Source: a virus. Taken from it: a stretch of 64,000 nucleotides of DNA. Of this stretch, positions 47,542-58,961 are shown piece by piece. The stretch lies in the IMG/VR virus record IMGVR_UViG_3300025892_000009; one strand, written 5' to 3'. The notes under the pieces are model-generated. The model ran no database searches and was not told the DNA's origin. It saw only the letters and a list, made by a program, of their open reading frames with translations. Numbering within the stretch: position 1 is the stretch's first letter; each line of letters begins with the position of its first letter. Position numbers and translations under genes: made by a program.

Positions 47542-47742
47542 TCACGCCTTGCGACTGTTGATTGATTGCTCAACAACGGCAAGAAGTTTGTCATCCATAT
47601 CAGTCTTGGTCAGAGTAACTGCTTTCTTGAGGATGATCAAACAAATCTCGACTAGTTTCTCGCCAAGTTCTTCATTATCAGGGACTTTTGCAACAGCATC
47701 AGAAATGATTTTCGATGCCAGTGGTAGTAGAAAAGATAGCAT
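47542..47742 (-). CDS. Conserved small protein
   Basis: LTKTDMDDKLL motif. Confidence 0.7.
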   Translation of the reverse strand: MLSFLLPLASKIISDAVAKVPDNEELGEKLVEICLIILKKAVTLTKTDMDDKLLAVVEQSINSRKA

Positions 47743-47774
47743 GGTCAGACAATAGATACTCTGATCTATATATC

Positions 47775-48176
47775 TTACTTCATGCCCTTAGCTTTACGAT
47801 CATGATCGACCGTTGCCTGAATCATCTTCTGCTTCATGCGATCTTTCGATTTTGTTTTTGCTTCTGAGTCATCAGACTTAGGTGCCTTCATATCTTCAGG
47901 AGTAGCATCACACTCTTCCTTTTTGACATCCTGACCAGGCTCATACCATTTGCCATCGCCGTCAGAGTCTTGCCAACGCTTACCTGCTTTAGCAGCAGCG
48001 ATGTGCTTCTCTTTTGATTTCTTCTTTGCTGCTTCTTTCAAGTCAGCAACGCTTCCCTGTAGGCGCTTTCTTAAATTTTCAGACATGAGATCTTCTTTCT
48101 TAGGATTGATAATTACGTTTCCTTTCTTAGAGGTTTTTAGATATGAATCTTCACTACTCTTGCCGTTGGGTTTCAT
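47775..48176 (-). CDS. Charged hypothetical protein (possible head-internal protein)
   Basis: WQDSDGDGKWYE motif; Lys/Glu-rich. Confidence 0.6.
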   Translation of the reverse strand: MKPNGKSSEDSYLKTSKKGNVIINPKKEDLMSENLRKRLQGSVADLKEAAKKKSKEKHIAAAKAGKRWQDSDGDGKWYEPGQDVKKEECDATPEDMKAPKSDDSEAKTKSKDRMKQKMIQATVDHDRKAKGMK

Positions 48177-49054
48177 TGCATACCCTCCACCATGCTCAAC
48201 AATTCTGCTTCAGTAAACAGTCCAGAATCAGACAGTTTAGTCAGAAAATCCTGCTCTTCTTTCTTCAGTGCTGCTTTACGGAACTGAAGATCAATGCGTG
48301 ATCCTCTGTCCATCTTACCCTGACTTGCAGGTTTCTTAGAACCACCAGCAGGTTGAGGACCAGCATCGCTACCAGTTCTTCTACCCTGAGCATACTTAGA
48401 TCCACTGGACTTAGAGTCACCAGAGATCATCTTACCAGCATCAGAGCGACCATCTTGATACTGCTTCTCAGTCTGACCGTGCTTACCTTTGTAGAGTTCA
48501 CCCAACTCTTCTTCTTTGACACAATTGTTAACTTCTTTACCACCCTTTTTCTTGGTGCCTTGCTTCTTGTATCCTTTCCAGCAGGAGGTAAACCCATTAT
48601 CATCTTTGCCATCCATCTTAACTTCAAGCATTTGCTGATGAAGATCTTCGATATCAATACCAATTGCTTCACGCTGCATGTTGAGACCAATATCACCAGG
48701 ATCTTTAGCAGACTTCTCGCCTTTCTTACCTACAACAATATAACGACCATCTGATTTCTTACCAGTAATGACAAAGGAGGATCCACCAGACTGGACAACA
48801 CGACCTACATTACGGTCATCAGAAAACTTTTCTTTCTTTTTCTGAATTTGATCCTTGTCAACAGGGAATCCAGCATACCCTTCAATGGTAGGCTCCCAGT
48901 CATCAAAGATCTCTGTTACTTTCTCAGCACCCTCTTTCAATCTCTTGGACGGGAGATCAGATTCTGTGCCAGCTTCAATTGAAGCAAGGATTTTGGTCTG
49001 CTCTTCCATCGTGTAAGACATCAAGGCAGAAGATACAAGAATTTCTAAGGTCAT
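48173..49054 (-). CDS. Charged hypothetical protein (possible head-internal protein)
   Basis: CWKGYKK.GTKKKGGKEV.NCVKEE module; multiple xEE sites. Confidence 0.65.
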   Translation of the reverse strand: MTLEILVSSALMSYTMEEQTKILASIEAGTESDLPSKRLKEGAEKVTEIFDDWEPTIEGYAGFPVDKDQIQKKKEKFSDDRNVGRVVQSGGSSFVITGKKSDGRYIVVGKKGEKSAKDPGDIGLNMQREAIGIDIEDLHQQMLEVKMDGKDDNGFTSCWKGYKKQGTKKKGGKEVNNCVKEEELGELYKGKHGQTEKQYQDGRSDAGKMISGDSKSSGSKYAQGRRTGSDAGPQPAGGSKKPASQGKMDRGSRIDLQFRKAALKKEEQDFLTKLSDSGLFTEAELLSMVEGMQ

Positions 49055-49083
49055 TGTTTTTGGTCGAATGGTTTTCGATATTA

Positions 49084-50178
49084 CTATTTAGATACGGAGA
49101 TATTTCTAATCTCATGATTAAAATCACAAAACTTTTTGGTTGCTTGACCAGGAGTCATGTTTTGTAATGCCTCTCGGTAAGCATCAGTGCCAATCTTCCA
49201 AGTATTTCCACTGCCATCATCGGCAGATTTGTTTGATTGATTTCTGGCAATAGGATCTGAAGTAGCAACTTCTGTTATATGCTGCAACCATGCACGATGT
49301 TGTCCATCATACTGATCTTTAAAAATAATATAATTTGGTCCCCGATGTATAACTTCACCACGGACACCACTATCATCATGCTCTACAATAGCCCCCACCT
49401 TAAAGATGTGATCGAGCATGTAGTGATCACGGAATGCCTCATAATCTAATATGGGAGCATACTCCCAAACAGATTGCTCATGAATTTCACTTTTCTTTTT
49501 ACTCGCTTTCGGTGGTGGTGTCATACCTTTGATGACATCATCCATCATTGCTTTACTGTGCTTTGCGCTGAATCCTTTGGGCATACCAGCATGGTAGGAA
49601 TCATGATCCCCAGATTGAGCATGGTCTCGCATCTTGCTGGCAGAAAGATTTTCAATAGGATCATCGGAGTCATCAGACCTAGCGCCAGCAGACTTAATAT
49701 TAATGGACTTGAAAGCATAGTGCTTACCATTATATTTGGATGTAAGTTTTTCAAATTCCTTTACTCGATCATCACCAACCACCATAGTGACATGCTCATG
49801 ACCTTCATCATGCAAGTCTCTAAGAACATCAAAGATATTCTTGTGTGCTTCGTTGTTTTGAATCTTGTCTGCGTGATGCTTAAACATCTTACGCATATGA
49901 TCTACTTTTTGATTAGGATGTAGAGGATTTTTCTTATGGTCCTGGCTTCGGCTGGGGTAGATACGGTAATTACCCGAGTCGCCCGAGTGCGCTTTGACCG
50001 CATCCAGTAACTTACCATGACCAGCGTGGGGAGGATTAAACCTACCAAAAGTAATGGCGACATGTTTGTCTTCTAATTGTTTACTTTGTGCGGAAGATGA
50101 TTTAGCACCCTTCGATGAAGTAGCAGGTTTCTTAGTAGCAGTTTTTGTTGCTTCTTTCAAAAATTGAATAAATTTCAT
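49084..50178 (-). CDS. Cytidylyltransferase/nucleotidyltransferase (HxGH class)
   Basis: FGRFNPPHAGH, VVGDDR and SASKMR motifs. Confidence 0.85.
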   Translation of the reverse strand: MKFIQFLKEATKTATKKPATSSKGAKSSSAQSKQLEDKHVAITFGRFNPPHAGHGKLLDAVKAHSGDSGNYRIYPSRSQDHKKNPLHPNQKVDHMRKMFKHHADKIQNNEAHKNIFDVLRDLHDEGHEHVTMVVGDDRVKEFEKLTSKYNGKHYAFKSINIKSAGARSDDSDDPIENLSASKMRDHAQSGDHDSYHAGMPKGFSAKHSKAMMDDVIKGMTPPPKASKKKSEIHEQSVWEYAPILDYEAFRDHYMLDHIFKVGAIVEHDDSGVRGEVIHRGPNYIIFKDQYDGQHRAWLQHITEVATSDPIARNQSNKSADDGSGNTWKIGTDAYREALQNMTPGQATKKFCDFNHEIRNISVSK

Positions 50179-51374
50179 TTGCCCCAGTCTTTTGCTACGG
50201 TAAAGTTTGCTCTAGAAAATTCTAATCTATCGACGAGTTTGATAGCAGTGCCATCTTTGATGGCAACAAATCCCTCAGGACTCGTGACACGGTAACCATT
50301 CTCATCTTCTAGGAAGGTGCCAACACCCTCAATCTTATTAAGTTTATTAATCACCTGCTCCTTAGCAGAAATGAGTCCTTTGAATCCACTGAGTGCGTGG
50401 ATCATTACAGACTTATTACTATTTAGATAAGACAGAGCTTTAGTTTTACGATCATTCCATTCCTTCTGTGCTTTCTCAGTTTTTTTCTTCTTAATCTCCT
50501 CATCATACTTTTTAATTACAAAGGCACCATACCCTGCAGCAATACCATTGGCATCAGGGACTGTATTACCACCACGAATAACTTGATTAAAATATACCTT
50601 GAATAATGCAGGGGGAGAGAATGACTGTGGACCTTCTGTTTTCTGTATGTCATCTAAGAATTTCCTACCCATCTTCAGAGATCTATCTGCAGCAGCAATG
50701 GATCGATTCAAATTATTAACCTCACCAGGGGTTAGATTTGCCATGCCGTTGACATTCTCAAAGGTAGATGAGAAGACAGCAACATCTTTGACTCCCTGCA
50801 TACCACTGACATTGACACCGAATCCAGCACTCATTTCACCAATAGTATCACCTGAATATGTGGTGTGAAATACGATACCCAGCTTACTAGAAGCAACCTT
50901 CTTACCCAACTCAGAGTACTTAGGAATCACATAAGTGATGGTGTTGGGTTTGAATCTGTAGCATGGTTGTCCCCTCATCGCAATGACATCAGGACGTTTA
51001 GTATAGAGCAGATCTCCCTGCACAACTCCCTTAATGGGCACCTTCTTCAACTGGTCTAGACACTGCTTCATGATCGGATTAAGACTACCACTATACCAGT
51101 GGTCAATGTCAGCATGAGAATAACAAATCTTAGGGGTTGTCTTGTTGAAGACAGACTTGTTACCTACAAAGAAGAGACCAGTCTCAGGGTCAGTGCCACA
51201 GATAATAGCAGGAGCACCGTCCCACTTGACAGTCACCTTAGTGTTGTTACCACCCTTTCCAGAAGACAGCATGTCCCTGAGGGACTGCAGAAAGTTGAGA
51301 GCGTTGGTAGCACCAGCGTATCCTTGGTTAAAGATGTCGTCTTCTAGGTGCTCTAGGTGTGTGTTTTTTGCCAT
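50175..51374 (-). CDS. Conserved T4-like hypothetical protein
   Basis: HLEHLED..VKWDGAP..QGDLLY..PNTITY..EGFV..KLVDRLEFS. Confidence 0.8.
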   Translation of the reverse strand: MAKNTHLEHLEDDIFNQGYAGATNALNFLQSLRDMLSSGKGGNNTKVTVKWDGAPAIICGTDPETGLFFVGNKSVFNKTTPKICYSHADIDHWYSGSLNPIMKQCLDQLKKVPIKGVVQGDLLYTKRPDVIAMRGQPCYRFKPNTITYVIPKYSELGKKVASSKLGIVFHTTYSGDTIGEMSAGFGVNVSGMQGVKDVAVFSSTFENVNGMANLTPGEVNNLNRSIAAADRSLKMGRKFLDDIQKTEGPQSFSPPALFKVYFNQVIRGGNTVPDANGIAAGYGAFVIKKYDEEIKKKKTEKAQKEWNDRKTKALSYLNSNKSVMIHALSGFKGLISAKEQVINKLNKIEGVGTFLEDENGYRVTSPEGFVAIKDGTAIKLVDRLEFSRANFTVAKDWGK

Positions 51375-51381
51375 GACCTTA

Positions 51382-52392
51382 TTATATCTCCTCTGCGCCG
51401 CTGCGGTTACTTACGAGTGCCACTGGGTAGATTGCCACACGGGCTCCACTGAAACGTTTGCCATCGATATCAAATCCTCTGCCTGCCCTGTATGTAGCAG
51501 CGAATGCTGCACGGTATCCACCAGTAGAAAAGTACTGTGTGTCACCATTCCAAGAGACATGATCAGAGAAGTTTAAGTTGAAACATGCTTCCTCTCCCCT
51601 CTTGGGTTTGAGTATGGGGTTACCTTGAGCAATCATATTCACATTATCAATACCATACTTGCCACCATATGAAGGTCCGTAAACAGACTTATTGATTAGG
51701 TCTTTATTTGACACATAGGAATACACTGGATTGCTTAGTTTGCCTTCAACGATATACCCAGCAACTTTTCTCAGGAAGTTTTTAACTTCAGGATCATCAT
51801 AGATAAGAGTTGGATTACTAGCACTACCAGACTTAGGAGAGACACCACCATATTGCTGATATGCTGCAGGACCACCTGCCTTCTTATGTGAGATGAAGAT
51901 TACATCCTCTCCTTTGGAATTAACAATGGCAAAGTCTGCCTTCGCTTCTCTACCCAAGACCTTCTCAGTAATGTTTTTGACACCTACACAGTTTGGGAAA
52001 TCCCCACTAGGTGTACATATTTTAATAGGACCCAGTTGTTTAACTAGGTCCTTAATGAGTTTATCTAAGTCCTTGATAGCAGCTTCTTCTGCTGCCATGA
52101 CATTTGTTTTTGTAGGTTTCCTGATTTTATTGAGGGCAACATACCCTGTCTTGGATCCTACTTTTACTTTGGCAACTTTCAACCTACCAACAGTGTCTTC
52201 GGAATTGCCTGCCAACTTAAACTCAGTGCCTGCTTCCAGCACACCATGAGTATCTTTCTTGTTTGTTTTGAAGAAAGTAGCATTCATTTTGTCTTCGACT
52301 TTCAGCGTGAGGTCTTTCCACATGCTGTTGTTTTTGACATACTTATCGAATGCACTTTCTCCAGATGTTGACTTGCCTGATAGGGTTGCCAT
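51382..52392 (-). CDS. Putative PD-(D/E)XK-like nuclease
   Basis: KADF...ISHK..QQYGG motif resembling restriction-fold catalytic residues. Confidence 0.45.
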   Translation of the reverse strand: MATLSGKSTSGESAFDKYVKNNSMWKDLTLKVEDKMNATFFKTNKKDTHGVLEAGTEFKLAGNSEDTVGRLKVAKVKVGSKTGYVALNKIRKPTKTNVMAAEEAAIKDLDKLIKDLVKQLGPIKICTPSGDFPNCVGVKNITEKVLGREAKADFAIVNSKGEDVIFISHKKAGGPAAYQQYGGVSPKSGSASNPTLIYDDPEVKNFLRKVAGYIVEGKLSNPVYSYVSNKDLINKSVYGPSYGGKYGIDNVNMIAQGNPILKPKRGEEACFNLNFSDHVSWNGDTQYFSTGGYRAAFAATYRAGRGFDIDGKRFSGARVAIYPVALVSNRSGAEEI

Positions 52393-52414
52393 CTATTAGA
52401 GAAATTCTACCTAA

Positions 52415-52612
52415 TTATTTATCAATACTTTTTAGATAGTCTTTTTCATCTTGATATGGTTTTGTTTTACCAGACCAAATTTCATATCCAGATATCAAGT
52501 CTGGAAGTAACCACTGATCCACCCTAATACATTGATTCCAGTTAGTAGGATGAGCACAACTCACAACTACTACTGTAAAAAATGTCCTCAGATGGATCCA
52601 GAGGGAGAGCAT
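52415..52612 (-). CDS. Small hypothetical protein
   Basis: Tiled after mazG. Confidence 0.6.
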   Translation of the reverse strand: MLSLWIHLRTFFTVVVVSCAHPTNWNQCIRVDQWLLPDLISGYEIWSGKTKPYQDEKDYLKSIDK

Positions 52613-53274
52613 CAGATATCACCAGGGACACGATTCTCAGAGTATCCAACATCAAACATACCTTGAGGGTAGCGAGCAGCCAACTTCAAAGTATTAATAT
52701 AAAGGACTTCATCCAGACGCACATCCAAAGCAAGACATGCTTGAGCAACATACCACATGATATCACCCAACTCCTTTGTCAGATGCTCTTTGTTTGCATC
52801 ATCATAGGGTTTGCCTTGAAACTTAATCTTCTTAACAATCTCTGCAAATTCACCACCTTCAGCAGAGATACCAGAAGCAGCAGTATCTAGACGTGCAATA
52901 TTACACTTTGCTTTATCCAACTCCCGATACCTTTCAATCAGAGTATTCAGATCTTTGCTGGGATCTGAAGTAACACGATCAACAAACGAAGCATACTTAT
53001 CCAAATCGACAGTAAACTTTTGTGGGACCTTAGAATCTGCTTTATCATCACGATCCTTAAGACGCTCTTTCAAACGCTTCTTAGACCTAGGAGCACCTTG
53101 AAGATAATCATCACCCAACAATTCTTCTGCACTTTGAGGAACGTCGTCAGAAACTTCCTTAGCACCTTCTACTGCTGCTTCAACCTTGTCCCGTGCTCGA
53201 CTATTAATTTCTTCAGCGGCGGCGTCTGCTGCACCACTATCGTTAGCATCATTAGTGTAATTAATCTCGGTCAT
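52612..53274 (-). CDS. mazG: MazG nucleotide pyrophosphohydrolase with acidic N-terminal extension
   Basis: AEGGEFAEIVKK..KELGDIMWY..KLAARYP. Confidence 0.9.
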   Translation of the reverse strand: MTEINYTNDANDSGAADAAAEEINSRARDKVEAAVEGAKEVSDDVPQSAEELLGDDYLQGAPRSKKRLKERLKDRDDKADSKVPQKFTVDLDKYASFVDRVTSDPSKDLNTLIERYRELDKAKCNIARLDTAASGISAEGGEFAEIVKKIKFQGKPYDDANKEHLTKELGDIMWYVAQACLALDVRLDEVLYINTLKLAARYPQGMFDVGYSENRVPGDI

Positions 53275-53276
53275 AA

Positions 53277-54659
53277 TTAAATCTTGAATCCTGTGAATTT
53301 TTCTTTGGTCTCGGTAAAGGTTGATCCTGCACTACCGATGTTACCAGCATCGATAATATCGTCTTGCTCAGACTGATCACAATCATACAACCTCATCTTC
53401 GCCCTGTCAATACCAACAACAAAACGTTTGAATACTGTAGGGTCATTATATCTATTCTTCAATTGCTTGACCATAATCTGACCCATCTGCTCCATGTCTT
53501 CTGTAGAAATAAGAGCAATCATAAGGTCAGCAGTGGCTGGAAGTCCGAAGGATTCCGATGTGTCTGTAATATCCACATCACTATTACCATAACCACTACG
53601 AGTGGTTTGGGTAGCAGAAACGATAGGGACATTATGCTCACCAGCAAGTCCCCTCAACTCCTCAGCAATTGCTTTCACATAGGTATATGAGTTAACAATA
53701 GTGCCTTTATATCGAGATGAAGCACAAATGTTTAGATAGTCAATGAAAATAATATCAGGTTGAAATCCTTTCTTCAAAGACAACTCATTTAAGAGTGCCT
53801 TGAAGTGTCCAACATGAGCAGAAGCAGTGGGGTATTCTTTAATAACAAGTTTACCCTGAGTCTTTTTCTTCAACCTATCCATTCTAGCCGTATAGTGATC
53901 CTTAGTGAAGATAGGGTCACTCAGTTGTTGGATCGGGAGGTCCAAAAGGTTGGCGTCAATTCTTTCAGCAATGCGCTCTTCTGCCATCTCCATTGTAATA
54001 TAGAGAACGTTTCTCCCTTGGAGCAGCACGGAGCTAGCGACATGGCACATGAATAAAGACTTGCCGACACCTGTACCAGCAAGCGCGATATTAAGAGTTT
54101 TGTTAGGTAAACCACCTTTTGTGATTTTGTTGAGATATTCGATATCGAAGGGGATCTTCTCTTCGGTTCTATGATAGAAGTCATATCGGTCATTGGCATC
54201 TTGAATGTAATCGTGTCCTACATGGTCATCAAAACACACCCCAAGTGCCTCACTCATGATGTGAGGAATGGCGTCTTTACTACGAGTCTGGTCTTGACCG
54301 TCTGCGATCTTAACCGACTCCATTAGTGCCAAGTATATAGCACGTTCTTTACACCACTTTTCTGTGGTGGCAACTAACCAATCTTCATTGTATTGATCGT
54401 GATCTAGGTTATCTAAAAATTTTTCAATGTCATGGAAAACTTCTTCACTAATATCACGACGTTTTTCAACTTCGATCTTTAATGCATTGGGCTCTGGTGT
54501 AGTATCATACTCACTAATATACTCACTCAAGGTGTTGAATAGTATACGATTAGTAAGCATGTCAAAGTACTCATCCTTAAGGAAGGGTAGCACTTTACGA
54601 CAGTAATCTTCTTGGAGAATTAACTTACTTAGTGCAACTTCTTCGATCTTTAAGCTCAT
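53277..54659 (-). CDS. gp41: Replicative helicase gp41
   Basis: AGTGVGKS, ITMEM, IDYLN, ATQTTRSG and LKNRY motifs. Confidence 0.97.
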   Translation of the reverse strand: MSLKIEEVALSKLILQEDYCRKVLPFLKDEYFDMLTNRILFNTLSEYISEYDTTPEPNALKIEVEKRRDISEEVFHDIEKFLDNLDHDQYNEDWLVATTEKWCKERAIYLALMESVKIADGQDQTRSKDAIPHIMSEALGVCFDDHVGHDYIQDANDRYDFYHRTEEKIPFDIEYLNKITKGGLPNKTLNIALAGTGVGKSLFMCHVASSVLLQGRNVLYITMEMAEERIAERIDANLLDLPIQQLSDPIFTKDHYTARMDRLKKKTQGKLVIKEYPTASAHVGHFKALLNELSLKKGFQPDIIFIDYLNICASSRYKGTIVNSYTYVKAIAEELRGLAGEHNVPIVSATQTTRSGYGNSDVDITDTSESFGLPATADLMIALISTEDMEQMGQIMVKQLKNRYNDPTVFKRFVVGIDRAKMRLYDCDQSEQDDIIDAGNIGSAGSTFTETKEKFTGFKI

Positions 54660-55216
54660 TGATAATGTAGATAAGTGGTGAGAATGTACTTGTCATCACT
54701 CTTAGGAGTGATTCCTGCATGTGGGTATTGCCATGTTGGTGGAAACATGACTATCCTACCACGTTTTGCTTTGACTGCATAGTCACAGTATTTGAAATAT
54801 GTTTCTCCCCCATCTTCAACATCATTCAGATAGCAGAAATATGTGAGAAACCTACGAGCAGATGGATAGTCACCCACATCAATATGCTCGTCAAACTTAC
54901 CATCATTAGCAGAGTATTTTACAACTTTGATTTGCTCTAAACCATTCTTCTGCGGCATATATTTCTCACAGTCAACATCAATGATGTATTGCTGACCACA
55001 TGCTTTCAATGCAGTAACGATCTGATTCTGCATGATACCCCACTCATGATCATTAGCATTTTCTGCTAAGTCTGTCATATTCAATGCTGCAAATTTAATT
55101 GCAGGCTCATCCATTAAAACTTTATTACTATCTTTATCGAAATTATAAATGATATTCCTACAAAGATTTTCATCAAGAACGTCATCGTAGACTTTAATAA
55201 AATTCTTAAGATCCAT
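54656..55216 (-). CDS. 2OG-Fe(II) oxygenase (prolyl hydroxylase-like)
   Basis: [24 protein letters not shown]. Confidence 0.9.
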   Translation of the reverse strand: MDLKNFIKVYDDVLDENLCRNIIYNFDKDSNKVLMDEPAIKFAALNMTDLAENANDHEWGIMQNQIVTALKACGQQYIIDVDCEKYMPQKNGLEQIKVVKYSANDGKFDEHIDVGDYPSARRFLTYFCYLNDVEDGGETYFKYCDYAVKAKRGRIVMFPPTWQYPHAGITPKSDDKYILTTYLHYQ

Positions 55217-56219
55217 AACAAAACTCCTGCTCAGCTGCCTTATCTAGTTGTGCCATAATTTCAGGTGTGAAGTATTTCTCAGGGTCGGCAAGAATAGTTT
55301 TAGGATAGACAGAGGATCCATCAATCTTGATACGATTACCAACACGATCAAATACTCCATACTTTTCACCCAACTCCAAGAGTCCATAGTATCGATCAAG
55401 TCCTCTATCATCATAGAATAATCTAGTTTCAACTGTAGTATTCTCTTTTGTCAGTCTAGACTTTGCTGTCTTTGCTTTGATGATATTACCTACAATATCG
55501 GTGCCATCTTTTTCTTTCTTCTTACCCAGATAGATGATAGTAGAAGCAGCATATTTCAGACCACTACCACCACCCATCTCTTTGGTAGGGACATATGCAC
55601 CAACAACATCATAAGTATGATTAGTAACAATCATAGGCACGTTTGCTTTACCTAGTTTTAGGGTTAGCACACGGAAAATAGACTTGACCACCTGAGCACG
55701 GGTCATATCTCTGGTCTCTTTACCTGCTTCAGAGTCTTCAATCTCCTTAGTAGTTGATAGCATACCTAAGGAGTCAAGCACAAACAACAAAGGTTTGCGT
55801 TTATCTGCAGGTTGCTCAAGATACTTATCAAGTATACGAATTGCTTGCAATCTAAACTCTTGTACCGTAGTGACAGGCACAACAACCATACGCTTACTGT
55901 CAATGTTTCTCGTTTCAATCATCTCACGAGAGATGGCAGACTCAGATTCAAAATAAATTACACCTGCATCAGGATCAGTCTCAAGAAAATGCTTAACAAT
56001 ACCAAGACAATAAAAAGTTTTACCAGTCGAGGACTCGCCAGCAATTGCTGTAATTTTATTCGATGGAATACCACCGTATATAGATCCAGATACTAGAGCA
56101 TTAAAGATGTAGGATCCAGTATCAATGTAAGCAGTTGTATCACCTGCCGATACGCCGTCAGAAACTAAACCAGCATATTCATTATCAATTTCTTTTACAA
56201 TGTCCGATAAAAAATTCAT
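55206..56219 (-). CDS. uvsX: RecA-like recombinase UvsX
   Basis: [19 protein letters not shown] and GGGSG motifs; start placed at MNFL. Confidence 0.95.
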   Translation of the reverse strand: MNFLSDIVKEIDNEYAGLVSDGVSAGDTTAYIDTGSYIFNALVSGSIYGGIPSNKITAIAGESSTGKTFYCLGIVKHFLETDPDAGVIYFESESAISREMIETRNIDSKRMVVVPVTTVQEFRLQAIRILDKYLEQPADKRKPLLFVLDSLGMLSTTKEIEDSEAGKETRDMTRAQVVKSIFRVLTLKLGKANVPMIVTNHTYDVVGAYVPTKEMGGGSGLKYAASTIIYLGKKKEKDGTDIVGNIIKAKTAKSRLTKENTTVETRLFYDDRGLDRYYGLLELGEKYGVFDRVGNRIKIDGSSVYPKTILADPEKYFTPEIMAQLDKAAEQEFCYGS

Positions 56220-58723
56220 GACCAAAGTGCCTCTAATGTGTTTACTTGTTCTGCTTTCCACCCGATATTATCGAGAATTTTCTTGAGAGGATCTAGGAAA
56301 CTCTTTGTAAACTGTTGGTCATAATCAACTGAGTTGTCAAGACCAAACTCCCTAGGGAGTGTTTGAAAGAAAGATACTACATTCTCATTAATTTTGTTAG
56401 GTGTCCTCAAGTGCAGATACTTGATCTTTTCACCCTCTTGAATCAAAGGATATTTGTGGGACAACTTCTTTTTCTTGATCCAAAAATTATATAGAAGTGC
56501 TCCCCGCACATGTATAGGGCATGCCTTACCGTAGATAGTAACAGGAGAAGAATTCTTTGCGATATTATTACATCCCCTAGGGAAAGCAATATCTTCTGGT
56601 GCCATAGATTCAAATTCCTTACGGAAGTTTTTAATAAATTTTTGAGTTGCTTCCTCACTTCCTGTCATAATAACATTAAGTGCTTCCTTAATTGCTGTGC
56701 GGCAGGGTGCAGGAGTAGAAGACTTAACTGCTTCGATGCCCATCATCTTGAGTTTCGGCTCAGCATACTGGACACCTTCACTATTCCACACGTTAAGAAT
56801 GTATCGCTTCTTAGCAGTCCAGATGCCCTTGTTAGCGATATTCTCACGCTTCATAAACATCTTCTGATCATAAGCACTTACATAGGTTGCCAACGTTTCA
56901 TAAGAATTTCGTATATACTTCTCAAATTCCACTTCACACACCTTGTCAAGGAACCTAACAATACTCTCATCGCTCGCCTCTCTGCCCTTGAATACCTCGT
57001 GTACAAAAGGACCCAGATTGAGATAAATGGAATCAGTATCAGAAGCAATAACATAGTCAACATCCTCAGTTTTCAATAGTTTATTTAAGTATTCATTCAT
57101 TCGGTCTTCGATCCACCGAATCGAGACCTGACCCGAGAGGGTAATCGCTTCAGCATTTGCCAAAGAGTAGTATCTGAAGTATTGGTTTCCAATGGCACCA
57201 TAGGCAGAGTTGAGTTGGATCTTTCTTGCCATTTGGATGTTGTTGAATTTTGACACATCCTTTTGTAGTGCCAAGGTCTCTGCAGGTGTGGTGGCATTTT
57301 CGAGATTCTGCTTAGAGACCAGCATTCGTTTCTTGTAAATGGTCCTTTCATCATAAATCCTCTGCATCATTTGGGGAAGAAATCCGTGAATGTCTTTACG
57401 ATATTGAGCACCATTAGCACACACGGCATATTCACTATCAAAAGTTGACTCTTGATTTAGAATTTTATCGACAGTTATCGTAGGGTGTCTCCTCTCAACC
57501 AACGTCTCTGGCGAGATGTTGTATTGCATAATGAGGTGAGGGTATAGTGAGTTGAGGTCAAAAGAAACAACCCAGTCATACAATCCTGGAATAGGGTCTT
57601 TAACATACGCACCTTCATACTTTTCATCCTTCTTAGAAGTTAGTTTAGGAGGGACAACAATGTTGCGTTTAGTAAGATCATTATAGATCAAAGTATCCCA
57701 CATACGTACTTGCGAGTATACATCTTCAAAGTTAACCTTAGCATCAAATGCCATGGCAACTGCCAACTCAATGAGTTTCATCTTGTCTTCTAGTTTATCA
57801 ACTAGATTCACATCATGGATGTTGTATTCAACAAAACGTTGCCAATCAGATGTATAGAAGTCCTTGAAGTTTTCAAACTCCGAGTGGTCCAACTTATTAT
57901 CATCCAACTCAACCATAGCAATATGATCGAGACGATATGATTCCTGATTGGTGTAGGTAAACTTCTTGTAGAGATCCATGTAATCAAGAATATTGATACC
58001 TGTCAACTCATATGCAAGGTTAGTCCTACCTTTAACCTTAATCTCCCGATCAATCACCCTATTCCAAGGCGAGAGACTCTTCTTCCACTTCTCTCCCAAT
58101 ACCCTTTCAATACGGCGGCAAATGTATGGAATATCATAGAAATTACAATTCCAACCTGTCACAATATCAGGGGTATTATGGACCCACCATGCATGGAAAT
58201 CTGCTAGCATCTCATGCTCTGTCCAGAAGACACGATACTCAACATCCTTAGGAGTAACAAACTCTCTAGTGCCCCAAGTAATAGTTTCCTTAGTATTAAA
58301 ATTCTTGATAGTAATACAAAGCATTTCCTCTGCCGATGCTTGCACATCAGGGAAACCATTCTCACATGCAACCTCAATGTCAATCGTATAGATCTTCATC
58401 TTAGACATGTCATAATCAATTTCACCAGGAAACTTCTGACCGATATGCTGATAGACATACCTTTCATATCCATGGACTTCCATGCCCACAGCATCCATGT
58501 ACTGATTAACAAACTCTCGTGCTTCACGAGCACCATCAAAACGCTTAGGATAAGCACGTCGTCCATCTAGAGTATGGAAGTCTGATGGTTTAGTTTGTGC
58601 AGATGGCACCATAAACATAATGGGAGATGACTTCTCGCGATACTTAACGGGCTGTCCGTTTTCATATCCACGGTAAAGAATGTCATCTCCCAAGAGCACG
58701 AGACTAGTATAAAAATTACTCAT
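56216..58723 (-). CDS. gp43: Family B DNA polymerase gp43
   Basis: DIE exonuclease, [16 protein letters not shown] and SDTDS motifs; no intein seen. Confidence 0.98.
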   Translation of the reverse strand: MSNFYTSLVLLGDDILYRGYENGQPVKYREKSSPIMFMVPSAQTKPSDFHTLDGRRAYPKRFDGAREAREFVNQYMDAVGMEVHGYERYVYQHIGQKFPGEIDYDMSKMKIYTIDIEVACENGFPDVQASAEEMLCITIKNFNTKETITWGTREFVTPKDVEYRVFWTEHEMLADFHAWWVHNTPDIVTGWNCNFYDIPYICRRIERVLGEKWKKSLSPWNRVIDREIKVKGRTNLAYELTGINILDYMDLYKKFTYTNQESYRLDHIAMVELDDNKLDHSEFENFKDFYTSDWQRFVEYNIHDVNLVDKLEDKMKLIELAVAMAFDAKVNFEDVYSQVRMWDTLIYNDLTKRNIVVPPKLTSKKDEKYEGAYVKDPIPGLYDWVVSFDLNSLYPHLIMQYNISPETLVERRHPTITVDKILNQESTFDSEYAVCANGAQYRKDIHGFLPQMMQRIYDERTIYKKRMLVSKQNLENATTPAETLALQKDVSKFNNIQMARKIQLNSAYGAIGNQYFRYYSLANAEAITLSGQVSIRWIEDRMNEYLNKLLKTEDVDYVIASDTDSIYLNLGPFVHEVFKGREASDESIVRFLDKVCEVEFEKYIRNSYETLATYVSAYDQKMFMKRENIANKGIWTAKKRYILNVWNSEGVQYAEPKLKMMGIEAVKSSTPAPCRTAIKEALNVIMTGSEEATQKFIKNFRKEFESMAPEDIAFPRGCNNIAKNSSPVTIYGKACPIHVRGALLYNFWIKKKKLSHKYPLIQEGEKIKYLHLRTPNKINENVVSFFQTLPREFGLDNSVDYDQQFTKSFLDPLKKILDNIGWKAEQVNTLEALWS

Positions 58724-58961
58724 TCACCTCTTTGTACTTTACCACGATAGTGGGGGATGGATCCAGTATAGTCATAACATCAGAGGTTGTCAAGAAAAGA
58801 AACCTCTGATCCGTATGCAATGGGTACTGTATCAATTCGTTTTCAGGTGAGATTGCATAACAATCCTCCAACAGGAGACCTGGCTCATCATCCATCTCCG
58901 TTAGTTTCCCCAACAAGTAGGTCTGTGGGTGGTGTTTGAGAATAATCAATTTCAGCATCAT
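58716..58961 (-). CDS. Hypothetical protein
   Basis: Tiled ORF; start probably near 58950. Confidence 0.6.
   Translation of the reverse strand: MMLKLIILKHHPQTYLLGKLTEMDDEPGLLLEDCYAISPENELIQYPLHTDQRFLFLTTSDVMTILDPSPTIVVKYKEVNE

Noticed and set aside
56510-57079. 189-aa plus-strand ORF antisense to gp43
   Set aside because: No motifs or Shine-Dalgarno; likely a chance open frame
32424-58723. Introns or inteins in psbA, nrdA, nrdB, gp41 or gp43
   Set aside because: All are continuous ORFs of normal length with no visible insertions
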